A program made the translations under genes and the position numbers. DNA of 64,000 nt, from NCBI RefSeq assembly GCF_009914755.1, contig NC_060934.1; one strand, 5' to 3'. This document shows, piece by piece, positions 28,786 through 44,751 of this stretch. Under the pieces are notes generated by a model, which had not been told where the DNA came from, did no database searches, and saw only the letters and a program-made list of their open reading frames with translations. The stretch is from the human T2T-CHM13v2.0 reference genome, Homo sapiens. Within the stretch, counting starts at the first letter, position 1; every line of letters starts with the position of its first letter.

Positions 28786-30625
28786 CTGTTAAATTAAAAT
28801 AGCATATTGAGGTCAATGGAGACGAGTTATATGGAATAAAACAGACTGATTAAAGATGTTATACTGGCACAGGCATGGGGAGTTTTCATTTTTAAGCATT
28901 AGCTTCAACAACCTAGTGCTATGCTTCTAAAAAATAATCACTGAAAAAAAAATATATAAAATATTTTCTCCTTTACTTATCTGAAGTTAAACAAGTACAG
29001 TCTGGAAAAAAAAGTATAGCGAGACAACTTTAAACACAAGTAATTAGGTATAAACAAATTACAATTCTGATAGCTACCAAAAACAAAAACAAAACTACTC
29101 TCCAAATCTTACTCTACAGAGATAATAATATCAACAATGGTAAACACCAATGCAAACATATCTCCATGCATATACATCAAAAGGGGATAGCTAGGTGGAT
29201 AGAAATAATTTTATGTGAATGGCATTATACTCAACACAGAGATACATTTTACAGCTGCTTAATAGCATTCTTTTCAGGTGTTTATGCCTTTTACCCTTTA
29301 AACATGAACTAGATTTATTTTAAAACTTTTCATACCACTATTGTTGGAAGTAATATGCTCCCCTTATAAGTCTTGAGTAGGATAGAACTTCCCCAAACTA
29401 AAGTAATCATAAATGATGACATTTGATAAAACTCTTAGAAAATCAATGACTGAAGTTCAGTCTTCGAAAGATAACAGAAATCCAGTTACAAATAATAATG
29501 GCACGAGGGATACAAAAAAATCTAATACTTTTGGTCTGAGGACTAAAATCCATAGTTTCAAAGACTTAGAATGAATAATAAAATTCATTTTATTGATGAA
29601 TTGGTAACAATCCTTTAATCTTTTGTATCAAATAAGAGCCTTTTATTAATTAGAAGTGAATATAAAAATACCTACCATAAGACAACCATATTTCTTACCA
29701 ATTACTATGCACACCAAAAAAAAGTTAAAGTTATTGATATGTAACTAAATTTCCATTTCAATATTCTTGGCTCTGCAAATTTGCAAGTTTTTGCCTTGCT
29801 TACTCTAGGACCTAGCTAATGTAATATTATTTGTTTAATCACTATTCCTTCTGCCCTTGTCCTCACAAAGAAAGAAAATAATAAGAAACTGAGGTTTAGA
29901 GTAACTATACATATAATACATAAACTGAGTCCAACTTTCAATACACATCATCAAACCTGTCCATTCCTATTTGTCTCTGCAAAACCATCCAGAAGAATTA
30001 AATGATAACTAATATTTGCTTTTTGTGGGACAAATTGGAGTTACCACAAAAACATCATTAGCTTGTACCATAAACAAAAACTTTGGATACTATCATATAA
30101 GCCAAATCTACAGAAAAAAAGACTACCAGCAGCTACAAATAGTCCATTAACCACAATCTGAGAACTATTCTCATGAGGAAATTTATTAAGAATACTTTAG
30201 TCAATATGAAATCCCTGATTTATGACTTGTCTCTCTCCGTTTATTGGTAACCAGTTTGGGAGAAAAACACTTTTAGCAATGTTACTAGAATTATTTTTTC
30301 AGCATGCAAATAATCATCTATAACATCATTGTTATAACATTTTACCACAATCAATCAATCAGGTTTAAATCAGGTGATAGTCAACTACGTAGCACATACG
30401 TGAACTTGGGATGTTGAACTAGATAGCATGAATTGTATTTATAGCCTTTCAAAGGCTTTCAGGCATGCCCTGGGCACCTTGAAAACTGTATTAGGATTAC
30501 CTTTTCACAGAAAGTAATTATCTCTCATGAAACACAACTTTTGGCTGGTAAAAAAAAAAAATTGGCTCTAATTACAAACATCAGCTTCTGCTCCATCTGC
30601 GTTTTGGAGGTAAGAAATCTTCCGA

Positions 30626-31041
<416 letters not shown>

Positions 31042-31591
31042 TCAAAAACATTTTAAATACATATTTCCATTATCATTGCTAGAATGTTTAATAAACAAAT
31101 ATTAAAAGAAAAAAAAGAAGTCTTCAGAAAATGTGATCAATACCCAGTCACTTTAATGGAGGAAGAGGAGGGACTACTGAAGGCAATACCAGTAAATATC
31201 CATTCTGGTATTACATAGTTGCTTGGGTCAGTGTGGAGGACAAGAAGATATAGACTTCACTTTCTGCGAGCTTACAGCCTAGTGGGCAGGAGGTCAGTAA
31301 ACCTCACCTTCTAATGGAAACCACCTGCCCTTTCTCAGCTTTTTCTATCTCTCATCATCTATTACACCATTAGCAGCTAGGAGCCTTACAGACTGACCTT
31401 TTCACAAAGAACTTGTGTTTTATTATAAAATCCTAGACGTGGAAACATACAGACTTGACGACTATCAAAAATATAGATTTAATGACTCCAGGTCACTCCT
31501 CCAAGGACACTAGCCTCAAAAAATCATTCAAAATCAACATTCCTGAGTTATTAAAAACCAACTTGAATTCCTGTATTAAAAAGTTATGCTT

Positions 31592-31902
31592 AGGCCAGGC
31601 ATGGTGGCTCACACCTGTAATATCAGCACTTGGGGAGGCTGAGGCGGGCAGACCACTTGAGCTCAGGAGTTTGAGATCAGCCTGGTCAACATGGTGAAAC
31701 CCCATCTCTACTAAAAATACAAAAATTAACCGGACATGGTGGCACATGCCTGTAATTCCAGCCACTCAGGAGGCTGAGGCATGAGAATCGTTTGAACCTG
31801 GGAGGCAGAGGTTGCAGTGAGCCAAGGTTGCACCACTGCACTCCAGCCTGGGCAACAGGGCGAGACTCTGTCTCCAAAAAAAAAAAAACAACAAAAAAAA
31901 AA
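31592..31902 (+). mobile_element. AluS
   Basis: Alu dimer with A-tail. Confidence 0.9.
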
Positions 31903-32985
31903 GTTTGAGTTTGTAGTAGTGAAAATCTAAATCTTGTTTAAGTTGGGATTTGTAAATATATGCTGTCTACAAGAAGGCCATATGCATCAGAACGCAGTCT
32001 GTAGAGTGGTAGGTTGTGACGGAACTGTCAGAGAGGAAGAGGTGGCCCTCTTCCTGTTCAAAGTGGATGCGCTTCATTACCTATTTTTCAGATCTTGCTC
32101 AGAAATCTTACTTCATCAATTATTCTCTTATCTTAGATTCTCCCTGTCCATTAAAACATAAAAATCCTCATCTCTGATGGCTAACAGACAAGCAACCCTC
32201 CTCCCTTTGGCCATGAAAGTATCCAGCTCCTCTTCACACCATGCTCTAGTCTTCCTGTCTCCATTGCCTCACCTCTCATTCATTCTTTTTATTTCATAAA
32301 CACAATAGCAAATGTGAAAATACATTGTTTCATGCATTATGTTCTGAATTTATTTTAATATACAGGTTTGATGTATTCAATTGCCAGGTGTCAAAATGTT
32401 AGTATATGGAATAAACGTTAGTTAGTATATGAATAAGTCTGACAAATAAGCCCCCAAATCCCAGCAAGGTCATATCATACGTCTTAACTTACACCTTGGA
32501 ACTAATGCTCAAACTTCCTCTTAGGATACACTTCCACTATTTCATTTAATTGTCGCAACAAGTAAATTTTCAATATTTATCAATCTAGAAAGGCTTAATA
32601 TTAATACAGAATAGAATAGACCTGAAGTAAACTAAGAACTTCTTAGATTCTTCACTCATTTCCCCACTCACCCAGAAAGAACTGGAAAATGATCTTAAAA
32701 ATTGAAGGTTTGAATGACCAGATAGCTGCATACCTTTCCATTTTTGTTCCTTCCTATATATTAGTTCTCTAGCTCCTAAACTTCTGGTGGGCATATGAAT
32801 TACTCTACAGAGTTGCACATCTAGAAAAACTATGAACATTTAAAATTCCTCTTAAAAGATTGTCTAGGGCAAATTTTACTATGGGTGACTCTATTATAAT
32901 TGAATTCCTCTAAGTTAAATGAAGCTTAAAATAATCAGATTACCTTTTTTGTTCATCCTAAAAGACATATCTCTTGAATGCTTAC

Positions 32986-33140
32986 CTTAAAATTAATTTG
33001 CATCATTGGGAGAAGGTGAACCAATGAACTGCACATGTCGGTAGTGATGAGTGAATTAATTTCTGGTATATTGAGGCACTGTAGAGTTTTATATTTTTCC
33101 TGGGACATGCCCACTTTTGAACCTAAAACATCAGCAATGG
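32986..33140 (-). CDS. DCLRE1A: DCLRE1A coding exon 7
   Basis: ccatag|CC ATT; AIADVLGSKV...LPMMQINFK|gtaagc; 155 nt. Confidence 0.97.
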
Positions 33141-33922
33141 CTATGGGCAAAAGAAAAGATTAAAAATAGTAAACTTACAGCTTGTGAAAAAAAGTTACAG
33201 CTTAAGCAAATTTTAAGGTAAGAATTTACCAAATAAAAGGAAATTCAAAACATTCACACTTTTACCATGATATCTCAAAAAGGCTGAATCATTTTGTTAG
33301 TTTACTGTGTGGAATGAATTGTGAGAAAACTAAATAATTTATTTTTAAAGGCTTATTATTTACTATTTAAAAACTGCAAAAGTGTATAGAAAGTGGGTAG
33401 AGGAAGGGAAGGAACTAAATTTGAAGAAATTAAAAGCCCCAGCTTTATCATCTTTAATGTTTGATATAATGTGGCCATACGTAAGAAGAAATGGAAAGTA
33501 TTTTGCAAATTAGTACAATACTACCTGGACAAACTAAGTTATACATCCAGAAATCATTTAGGAACAAAAATTAAAACTGATTGCCAATGTAATTATTATC
33601 CTCAAAGAATGCAGCAATACAACTATGCATTAATCATCTTTCAAAGTTTACTAAATAACAATGTAGCATGGGCAGCTGCTCTATAAATTTCTTATATCTA
33701 GAAAGCCTAAATTAAACACAATTATCAAATGTTTCCCTAAAGTCAAACCTTTCAAAGATTAAATGTTTCAAACTGTCAAATTTTCCTTCAACTTCAAAGG
33801 TAATATTGAATCATTACAGGAAATAATTATCAAATGCAAGAGTAGAAACTGAAAGGGCATTATGCAAAAAGAATCTGATCTTTATAATATATTAATGTAA
33901 ATTAGATACACCTACAACTCAC

Positions 33923-34068
33923 CTAGGAAGACTTTCTCTTTTCCAATAGAGTAAGTGCCACAGACAACAAGAGCATGTGGGTTTAGAGTTACAGCCTCAA
34001 AGGCAGTGTTGATGGCAAACCGGATAACCTCTTGCTGAGATGGAAAGGTGTATTCTGGGCTACAATAT
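33923..34068 (-). CDS. DCLRE1A: DCLRE1A coding exon 6 (beta-CASP)
   Basis: ccacag|A TAT TGT; [15 protein letters not shown]...[13 protein letters not shown]|gtgagt; 146 nt. Confidence 0.97.
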
Positions 34069-34601
34069 CTGTGGTATGGAAACATGGTACTTACTAAAAG
34101 AACAATAAAAAAGCCATCACCTTAAGCTGGATGCTATTTTAGAAAACAAGCGTTAGCAACTTACATACAACAGCAATGTAATATATTAATACCACAAGTT
34201 ATCTCACTGCCTGTGGTTGGAATTATTTACCAGTTACTACTAACTTAAGATCAAATTGTAAGTTTTCAATATATCTTTTTCATTATATTTCTTTTATCAC
34301 TCTCAAAAAATTGTCTTTTTGAAGACTTTTTTCCTCCAAGAATATTTCTAGCAAGCCAGCTATTTTAGTTATAAATTATAAACCTCACTGTCTTTTATTT
34401 AACTCCAAACACTATCAAAAAATCATATTGATAAGGATTATATTTGGACTAAAGACTGTCAATAAAAAATGATTAAAGTAATGAAACTAAATATGAATTT
34501 AGTGAAACAGTTTTAAATCAGTTAATATTGACATGGTTGATATTAATATCATTTCTTACAGATACAAAATATATATACTATGTGTATATATATGTACATG
34601 T

Positions 34602-34603
<2 letters not shown>

Positions 34604-34643
<40 letters not shown>
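34604..34643. repeat. (CA)n microsatellite in a DCLRE1A intron
   Basis: About 20 AC units. Confidence 0.97.
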
Positions 34644-34646
<3 letters not shown>

Positions 34647-35679
34647 TACATGCAAATACAACAGATCCAGTTGGGTCTATCTCCATGCAATATAACCCAG
34701 TGAAAAATTAAGCTACTATCTATCTATCTATATTTGATATGAAAAGTAAGCACTTTTTCACTAAAAATGTAATAAACTGCAAAAGCCAAAGAAACATATT
34801 TTTCCCAATTTTCAGAATTGTTTTGCTAGTCAACTACTAGAGAAGAGTAAGAATAACCTTTCTCCTATAACAACCCATGAGGAAATTCAGAATCGTATCA
34901 GAATAGAACTAGGTAACAAAAAAGGGTTTTTTTAAAAACTTATTTTCTTAATTTATCCAGTGCTTAAAACTCATATAGAAGAATGGAAAAACCAGTTATA
35001 GTGTGAGAAAACTGGATGCGGAAAGACCATCTTTTACTAAAATATTGCATCCAAACGTACTTCTCCTTGAAACAGGTTGAAATGGTTAAGATAATTTCTA
35101 ACAAGTTGATGAGATATTTTAATATATAAAATCACATCATACACCAGAAATATATACAATTTTTATTTACTTAATAAAGCTAGGGAGAAATACATACACA
35201 GTTAAAATGTAATGGCTTGTGCCATTATATTTATAGCACTCAGGAATTCAAAACTGTCACTTATAAATTATCTTTTTAAGAAAAGAACAACAGCAAGTTT
35301 GGATACTCAAAAACAGAATCACATTTTGACCTCTGTCTTCTCTTCACAATTAATAGCTACACAGTTACTCTGAAAGGACAACTTAAAAGGGTGTCTTCCT
35401 AAAGTTTGCTCCTAAGTTTTTCTTCCTTGTTTTAGTAACAGGATTCTCATGTAACATATTTTCAAAAATAAATCACACAAAAAAATGAGCTGTAGTCAGT
35501 TAACACATACAATCTCAAATTTGCCCTTAAGCAAGTATATACATATTTTTCAAACAGCATCCCTCTGATAAAGAGCCTTAAAATAATAATTGGCAATAAG
35601 CCATCATTTTGATAACCATAATACAGAGAGCAAAGGCTGTCAGTGGGAAAAGGAAACACACAAAAAAAGCCTCTCTTAC

Positions 35680-35820
35680 GTGGTATCTAAGTACAGCATA
35701 TGGACTTTCTGGTCCGCAAGAAGAGAACGTTCCATGCTGGGATCTGCTCTGAAGTCTCCCGTGTGTAATATGACAGTACCATTAGGAAGATAAAAGAGGA
35801 TCATGACAGCACCTGGACAG
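35680..35820 (-). CDS. DCLRE1A: DCLRE1A coding exon 5 (HCPGA, HTGDFR motifs)
   Basis: gttcag|C TGT CCA; [10 protein letters not shown]...HTGDFRAD...LYLDT AC|gtaaga; 141 nt. Confidence 0.97.
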
Positions 35821-36216
35821 CTGAACACAAATGTCAAAGGAATGTTCATAACACAGGCAAGCACCTAAAGGAACAGTATCTATTTCAATATCAACAAGTT
35901 AGCACGCTTTATTAGCTGACCACAATGACATAGCATTGCACTACAGGAAATGCGGCACTTCAACTCAAGGAAATTTACATCATAAAAAGAACTGGTGTGC
36001 AGGAAAGGCAGACCCAGGTTGCTCAAACTCCAAACATTCCCAAGAAAAGCATGTCTTCAGGACTGGCCCTTGGCTGGCTCCTAGGAAATGAACTCTGAAC
36101 CCTAGGAATATTATGCCTGGTAAGACTGTTTTGTATGCCTGAGACATTGAACTATGTGATACTAGCTTGACGCTAACTTTGTGATCTATGGTGAAAACCC
36201 CATAAAGTTGACTTTA

Positions 36217-36526
<310 letters not shown>

Positions 36527-37260
36527 TCAGAATTCAAACTGGCAATTAAAAAAAAAAAACAGTAGCAAAGTTAGCAGACAAAAACTTAAAGGCAACCTAA
36601 TGTAATAGCTTGGCCTGGATTTTAGGTAACCTAGATTTAGTCTTCTTTCTCTTCATCTATGACCTCTATGTTACAGTGGGCTAACATTCTATGGAAAGTA
36701 GAAAGAAGCAGAGTTGACAGTTGTGTTTTGACAACATGAATGCTGATAGTACTTTATATTAAAAGAAAAAAAGAGGGAAAAATGGAGGCCATTTCCAAGA
36801 AAAAAAAGTCTTCCAAACCTTTAATATCTAAAGCCTGAATGATTTCTTAGTTTAAAGAGGGGTAGGGGGAGATAAAACCGACCTCTAGTATCTGAATGGA
36901 ATACAAGCTGTTAATTTATGTAAATGATAAATGATACTAAAGAAAATGGCAAAATGTTATCTTGCAAAGAACAGCAACAACATGTTAAAGTATTTTAAAA
37001 AATAAGATGGAATCTCAGATGTCAAGTGTAGTAATTTAAACTGGATAAAAAATGGGTTAGATAACATTTAGAAGATCCCTTTACTTTTCATCTCTGATTC
37101 TATAATTGGGCACATTATTTTTCAAAAGGAGAAACATCTTACTCAAGTTTTAAGAAATATCAAGCATATTAATTATAATGAAAAAAGTTATTAATCATGC
37201 CAATGTGTTGTCCTTTTGAACATTTAAAAAATGTGCTATTAAGATGACTTTAATACTTAC

Positions 37261-37379
37261 TGATTGGCATCAAGCAAAACAACTTTGACACCATTCACAA
37301 TACATTCAGTGTCCAGTGGCAATGGGTGAATATATTGTTCTTGCACATGAAGCTTGTTCTTCAACAAATTGCCAGTTAT
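37261..37379 (-). CDS. DCLRE1A: DCLRE1A coding exon 4
   Basis: ttgcag|ATA ACT GGC (ITGNLLKNKL...LLDAN) CA|gtaagt; 119 nt, phase 0 in, phase 2 out. Confidence 0.97.
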
Positions 37380-38170
37380 CTGCAAAACAGGACGTGCTTA
37401 TTGCTGATGCAGTAAAACACTAAATATTTTATTTCATATCTAGTTTAGAACCATAGCATCTTAATAACATCCATTTTCCTACTTATATTTAAGTAAACAC
37501 TCCACAATGCCAGGAAGAATTTCCTATAATGGCTGTGCCACTACTCTGCTTGAAAATCGTCACTGACTTCGCCTCATCTGTGAAGAGTCCATCCTTCCCA
37601 CCATGACATACAAAAGCCTGAGTGATCTGGTTCCAGCCCATTCCTGTGGGTTTGTCTCCTGTTATTCCCTACCTTGTGTTCTAGCCATTTTGAATTATCT
37701 CAAGTGCCTGGAATGGGCATATTTCTCAGGTGCCTGTGCCTTTACATAAACTTTACTCTCTACCTAGAATGCTCTTTCCTCTGCCTGGTCCTGGAATCAG
37801 ACAGATTTGCATACAAGTTCAGACTCTGCCATTTTTAGCTCTGTGACCTGGGGCACGTCACTTAACTTCTCCAAACCCCAGGTGTTTCATTAATAAAAAG
37901 AATTCCTGAAGCATGCTTCAAGAATGCTGTGAAGATTAAATCAAATTCTAGTTCAAGCCCTTAGTAATGAGCATTAAAATGTTCACTTTTTAATAATTAG
38001 TTCGAGGTATCTTTTACCACAAAACTGTGTCTAACCTTAGCCCAGGACAGGATAAAGCACTCTCTTCTCCCTACTCCTAGGGAGTACTACTTCTATTATG
38101 ATACCAATCCCAATATGGCATTATTTATGAATGTTTCCTCTGGAGGTTATAAGCTCCTTGAAGCTCGATA

Positions 38171-38478
38171 CAGTCATGTCCCTCAGTATCTGCAGGGGAC
38201 TGGTTCCAGGACCCCCTGAGGACACCAAAATCTCAGGATGCTCAAGTCCTTTATACAAAATGGCATAGTATTTGCATATAACCTATGCATATCCTCTTTA
38301 AATCATCTTTAGATTAATTATAACACCTAATACAATGTAAATTCTATGTAAATAGTTGTTATACTATATTTTTTAATTTGCATTATTTTTCATTGTATTA
38401 TTTTTTATTTTTGAATCTTTTCGGTTGCGGTTGGTTGAATCCATGGATAGGGCACTCACAGATACAGCAGGCTGACTG
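38171..38478. mobile_element. MER2 (TcMar-Tigger) DNA transposon
   Basis: TA|cagtcatgtccctcagtatctgcagggg...gctgactg|TA termini. Confidence 0.82.
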
Positions 38479-38777
38479 TATTTTGCCTTGAGAATCCATT
38501 TAGGCTTTCAGTGAATGTTAACTAAATGAAATTTCTTGTTTTTAGTACATCGTGAAATAGTTTATCTTTTGTTTCCATGTAATAAGACAGATGTTTTCTA
38601 AAAACTGAAACTTGACATCAACTCGTTTTAAGTTTAGGACTTTTATGTGGAATATGTTTTCTCATTTTTTTTCTAGTAGAATGAAAGATCTTACTGGTTT
38701 AATTATTATTTTTTAACCAAATTGCTTAGAAATTCACAGCATTCTACAAAGTCAAAAGTTAGAATACTAAAACTTAC

Positions 38778-38911
38778 CTCACTACAATAAACTGGAAATG
38801 TGAAGTGTTTAGACAATCCAGCATAATGATCAGAATGAAAATGTGTGAGAAAATAGGCTGTGCAACCTTCAACCACGCCATACTGAAAGGCATCAACTGT
38901 AAAGCCGGTTC
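38778..38911 (-). CDS. DCLRE1A: DCLRE1A coding exon 3, metallo-beta-lactamase HxHxDH motif
   Basis: ttgcag|GA ACC; [12 protein letters not shown]...[11 protein letters not shown]...VYCSE|gtaagt; 134 nt. Confidence 0.97.
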
Positions 38912-39600
38912 CTGCAATAAAAATACCGACACAGTAGGTTGAGCAAGAGCTAAGATACCCAATTTGATTATAAATACTGAATGAACCCTCTATCCTCTTT
39001 ACCTCTTATTTCCAATTTAACTATATTTAAAAACTTATATCACATAAATTTAACAAAAGGTAACACTAAAGATGAGAATGTCTTAAAAGTTTCTACCAAG
39101 TATCTCAGTATAGAGACTTTTATTTGTGAATAATTGCACCAAAATTTTAAATTCTAGGTTACAAACCAATTACTTCTTTGTTTTAACTAATACTTTCATA
39201 ATACTTAGCACTTTACTTCTGCAAAACAGCAAAAGGAGAATGCTAACTTTCTTCTAAAACATGAATTCTCAATGGGGGCAGTATTGATCTAAGGAAGCCA
39301 AAATGGTTGAGGGCCAACATAATCTCACATATGAGACAAACAACGTATCTACCATCTTTGAATTTTGCTGCACAGTCGAACTAGAGGAGGGGGTGGGAAA
39401 CAAGAAAAAAAAATGCCTAAAAAGGCTCCTTAGAGGAGCAGTAATGAAGAAGAGGTTGAGAAATACTGTTCTAAAATGTGCTCATGCAAGAAATAATTAA
39501 GTGTACTGACTGGCGATGTGCAAATAAATAAGCATAACTTCCCAATTCTATTGAGGCTTATCAACACATGGTTTTAGGATCATTTAAAGTATAGAAAATT

Positions 39601-39970
<370 letters not shown>

Positions 39971-40548
39971 TTACATAAATACATTGAACAAATTATAGAT
40001 CTAGAACATCAATAAAGCACTTTAAAAATCTTTCAGCAACCAAGTATATTTTGGCAGCAACCAAAGTATATGAAAGGGCAGAGAAACTAAGTTCTAATAC
40101 GGTTTTAAAATTTTTGGCATTTACTATGATATGTAAAACCTGTGACATTTCCCATCTTTGAAACTATTTAGTACTTTGTATTTCTCACAAGCACTTAGAG
40201 GCTGCCTTTTATTATAGTTATTTACAGAGATGCCTTTCCTCCTTTCATATTAAGCTGAATCCCTATTCCTCTCTTACTAATCTTTCTATAGCCCGTAATA
40301 TCCACCTAACTAGTATAGTCACTTACATAGAGGGCATGTTTAATAGAAACTTGATGAATTGAATGGAGCAAAAAAAATCAAATAGGCAAAAACCATATCT
40401 ACGTTAGAGGCTCATGAAGTATCACAAAAGCAAAGGAAACACATACAAAAAATTGTCTCATACACACACACACACACAATGGGCAATAAACACAAAGTTC
40501 AAAAACGTTGTCTTTGTTGATATATCGAGTATTGACATTTCAACTTAC

Positions 40549-42213
40549 CAGGTATTTTCTTATAGAATGGACATGTCTTTTTTCTTGATCCTCCTACATT
40601 AGATGACTCTGGGATTTTCTTGTTGCCCCTTTGCAGCCCACCATGAGCTGATTTTGTGAAGACTTTGACTTTACTTAAATTGACTGCTTCAGATTCTGTA
40701 TTAATAAGGTGATCTGATCTCTTCTGACACGCTCCTTCCTGCAGTGAATTTGACTTTCTACATCTCTTTTTTTGACGCTGTGACCTCTCACTAGAAAGTT
40801 CCACAGAAAGCTGACTCTCATGTAAAGTACTTGCATCAAATTCTAAATCACTTAAAGATTTTTCTGCTTTCCTCTTGCACTGCGAGGACCTCTTTTGATT
40901 AGGACTTGGAACTGGATTTAAGTTTATCCCTTCTAATGCACTTTCCCCTAGCAATTTCTCTTCCTTTCTTTTGGGAGGTAGTCCAAAATACACACCTATA
41001 TCCATTTGCTTCATTACCTTGGTAGAAGGATGTCTTGCATTATACTTAAGACCAGAAGGCAATATTTTCAAATACTTCGGAGCAGGTGTACTAGACAAGT
41101 TTTCTGTATTTAAAATTGTAGCTTTACCAACTGGCACACCCTCTAATGCCTTTCTGCAGAAACATGCTGAGTTAGTATTATTCTTAGCATTCAAGTTCTC
41201 ACTTGATAATTTTCTAATTGTATTTTGGGTTGGTTGGGAAGAAAGATACCCTTCTACCTGACTTTCAAAAGGTTTCAACATTAAACTCTTAACTAACGGA
41301 AGAGAAACTTGATTGTAAACAGATGATTCTTCAATTACCTGTTTCTGTTTATTTGATTGAGCTGAGTGAAATTCTGGCTCATCAGGTTTTGCTTTAGTTG
41401 CCTGATGAACAGAAGCAGCAAGCTTCCCTGCCAATGCAGGTGGAAACAACACAAAATCACCACCAGTACATGCCAGATCATAAGGCAAAGTACTCTCATT
41501 ATTTTGAGAAATAGGTTGAGACAAATCATTTAGACTATTGAATCTATACAATCCTTCATCATACTTATCCCGAGTTAAGAAGCTGTTCACTTTGGGGCAG
41601 CTCTCATCCTGGTCCTTCAGTAAGGGACCATGTCGTTTTTTAAAAAAACCACAGCTGTCATCATCTTCTTCGAGGCTGCCATCTTTTGAGCTTTCGGTAA
41701 AAAACAGTTGTTCTTGTGAATCATGCGGTTTTTCATCGATATCATGAGTGTCTTCATCACTTTGAAGTGGAGAATAGGAGATTTCACAGTCACTGAAGTC
41801 ATTTTCTGGCAATGGCAAATTTATGTGTTCTGAGTTGTTTGCAAGACGCAAAGCAACTCCCACTAGTTTGTCATTCTCAACAAAATCTGTAAATTGTAGA
41901 GCTTGTTGGGATGTTTGGATATGAGTAGAAATCTTTTCACTGGCTTCAGTCAGAGACGGAGACTTTTTAAAATACTGTGTCATCAATAAGGGATCATTTG
42001 AAACCGAGTTATCAGTTTGGTTCTGATACGAAGACCATCTTTCCTCAAGGCTACAAAGGACGCCTGACTTAGTCTCACTGAAACTGCCACCTGACGCAGG
42101 TGATGGGCTGCTAAAAGGATGATCACCAGCCCTGCTTTGAGCTAGCAGGAAGTGAGTGTATCTCTTGTAATGAAAAGGAATGGTTGAGGTACACAGAAGA
42201 CCATCAGGACACT
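40549..42213 (-). CDS. DCLRE1A: DCLRE1A coding exon 2 (PBZ motif, long disordered region, PIP box)
   Basis: tttcag|AG TGT CCT (ECPDGLLCTSTIPFHYKRYTH, PBZ); PIP box QMDIGVYF at 41008-40985; ends KKIP G|gtaagt; 1665 nt; contains the 495-aa track ORF. Confidence 0.98.
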
Positions 42214-43291
42214 CTGAAATTTTAATAAAGAAAAAATATTACACGATCAAAGCATAGACTAAGCTTTGACAACATTAGCAGTATAAATTGGGTTCCATTA
42301 TTTAATATCCACATTGCATATAATAAAAAGCAACAATTTTAATAAGATTAGTTATAATTGTTGATACACTGAACAAGTTTTAGATTCTATTCTAAGAATA
42401 GAATTTGAGAAATTGGTTAATTATAAGGCTTTACTAATTTGGAAACTATTCCCTATCATACTACCATGATTGAGAAACTTTCTATAAGCCATCTTGGTAT
42501 ATCCCTGTGTATGTTAATTTCCAGATTTATCAAAAAATGACACCTCCCTCCCCTCAAAAAAGATGTTATATTTGTTATATTAAATTAGAAAACTTCATGG
42601 CTTACAACCTAACTTAAAAATGCCTCTTAAAAGCATTTGTTATAGAATGGAATTTAATTCAAGAGCCATCTGAGAGTCTACTCAAAGGAGTTTAGTGAAA
42701 AACCAAAAGAAAAATTTTTTGAGGTGGCTTCATCTATATGACATTTTACCCTAAGGTCTTCAACCATGGACTCCAATTTCCATTCTTGATTTTCAAGTTA
42801 CATGAAAGAAAATTACTAGCAAATTTGTGAGGTTTTCACTTGCTATCCTTTTCTGGGAAAGGCTAATGCCAAATTTAAAGAAGAGTTGTTTTTTTTCTGT
42901 ATCTTCATGCAGTACTTTAAAATAACTACAGGTTAATAATAAAATGTATTCTGAATCATAGCTAACATGAAAGCCATATTGAGTATTTTTTTATTTTACT
43001 GAATTTTAACTTTTTCAGATTAAAAAAATCCATATATGGAATATAAATGATTTCAAAATATATAAATCATCACAACAACCTGTTCTCCATATGTATTCCA
43101 AGTAGGATTTTCTACATTAAATACTTATTACATATTTTAAAAGATAAAAAACATAGCATACTTTTATTATCATTTGACACGTTTTTTGTTAGAATCTTAA
43201 TCACCTAGGACTCCTTCACAGTTCCTCTTCCTGTATACATAGCACGATGACTAAAACATAACCATATTTAGAAACCACATTATATCTATAC

Positions 43292-43942
<651 letters not shown>

Positions 43943-44291
43943 TTAAGAACTTTCATCTATAAAATGTCAATACTAGCTACCTTATATGGTGATTGTGAAA
44001 GTTGGGTAAGTAGACAGTGTGAAAGTACCCAGCATAGTAAGGATTCAGTTAACATTTATGGAAAATAATCCAGATACTTAGGAACTTTTATGAAATAACA
44101 CAATGTATTTAAACTGTTTTCTAGTCTGCCATTTGCTTTACAATTATACCGTTGACTGGTATGGTGTTTCCCAGTGTCTCATCTCTCTTTTAGGTTACTG
44201 CTTGCCTTCCTTGTTTCACTGAATTGGTATGTCTGACCTAATGAAGACTTTTTAGATTATTTAGAAACTACTACGTTTTCTGCAGTCTTAC

Positions 44292-44751
44292 CTGTTTCAG
44301 AGCGTGGTGGAGAATCCAAACATTCAAAAACATGCCATCGAGGTGTCTGCCCTATCAATGAGGAAAAAGGCATCTGGCAATTTGGACAGTATCCATCATA
44401 AACTGGACGTATCTTTGGGGACACGTGTTGGCTTTTTTGAGTTCTACAGAGTTTTCCTGGAGTAGTTTCCTTGTCTTGGGTCTGCTGAATACCATCTCCA
44501 CAACTTGAATTCTGACTAGAAGCAACAGAAGTCTGACAACCTGCATTTCCAAGGGGCACTTCATGGTCCTTCACCTCTTTAGCTTCTGCGGCTCTTTTTC
44601 TGTTTCTACTCCGTTTTGACTGGTATTTTCCATCTGTTGCTTTTTCAACAGATTTTAGAATATTTTTAGAGCCATTATTTGGATCAACTCGTTTTGGTTT
44701 TCTTTTAGATTTGTATTCCCAAATGTCTTCTTCGGAAATGTCTTCTAACAT
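44292..44751 (-). CDS. DCLRE1A: DCLRE1A (SNM1A) coding exon 1, aa 1-153, includes UBZ zinc finger
   Basis: GCCATG start at 44751; MLEDISEEDIWEYKSKRK...CPNCQMPFSSLIGQTPRWHVFEC; ends ACAG|gtaaga; 460 nt, phase 1. Confidence 0.98.
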
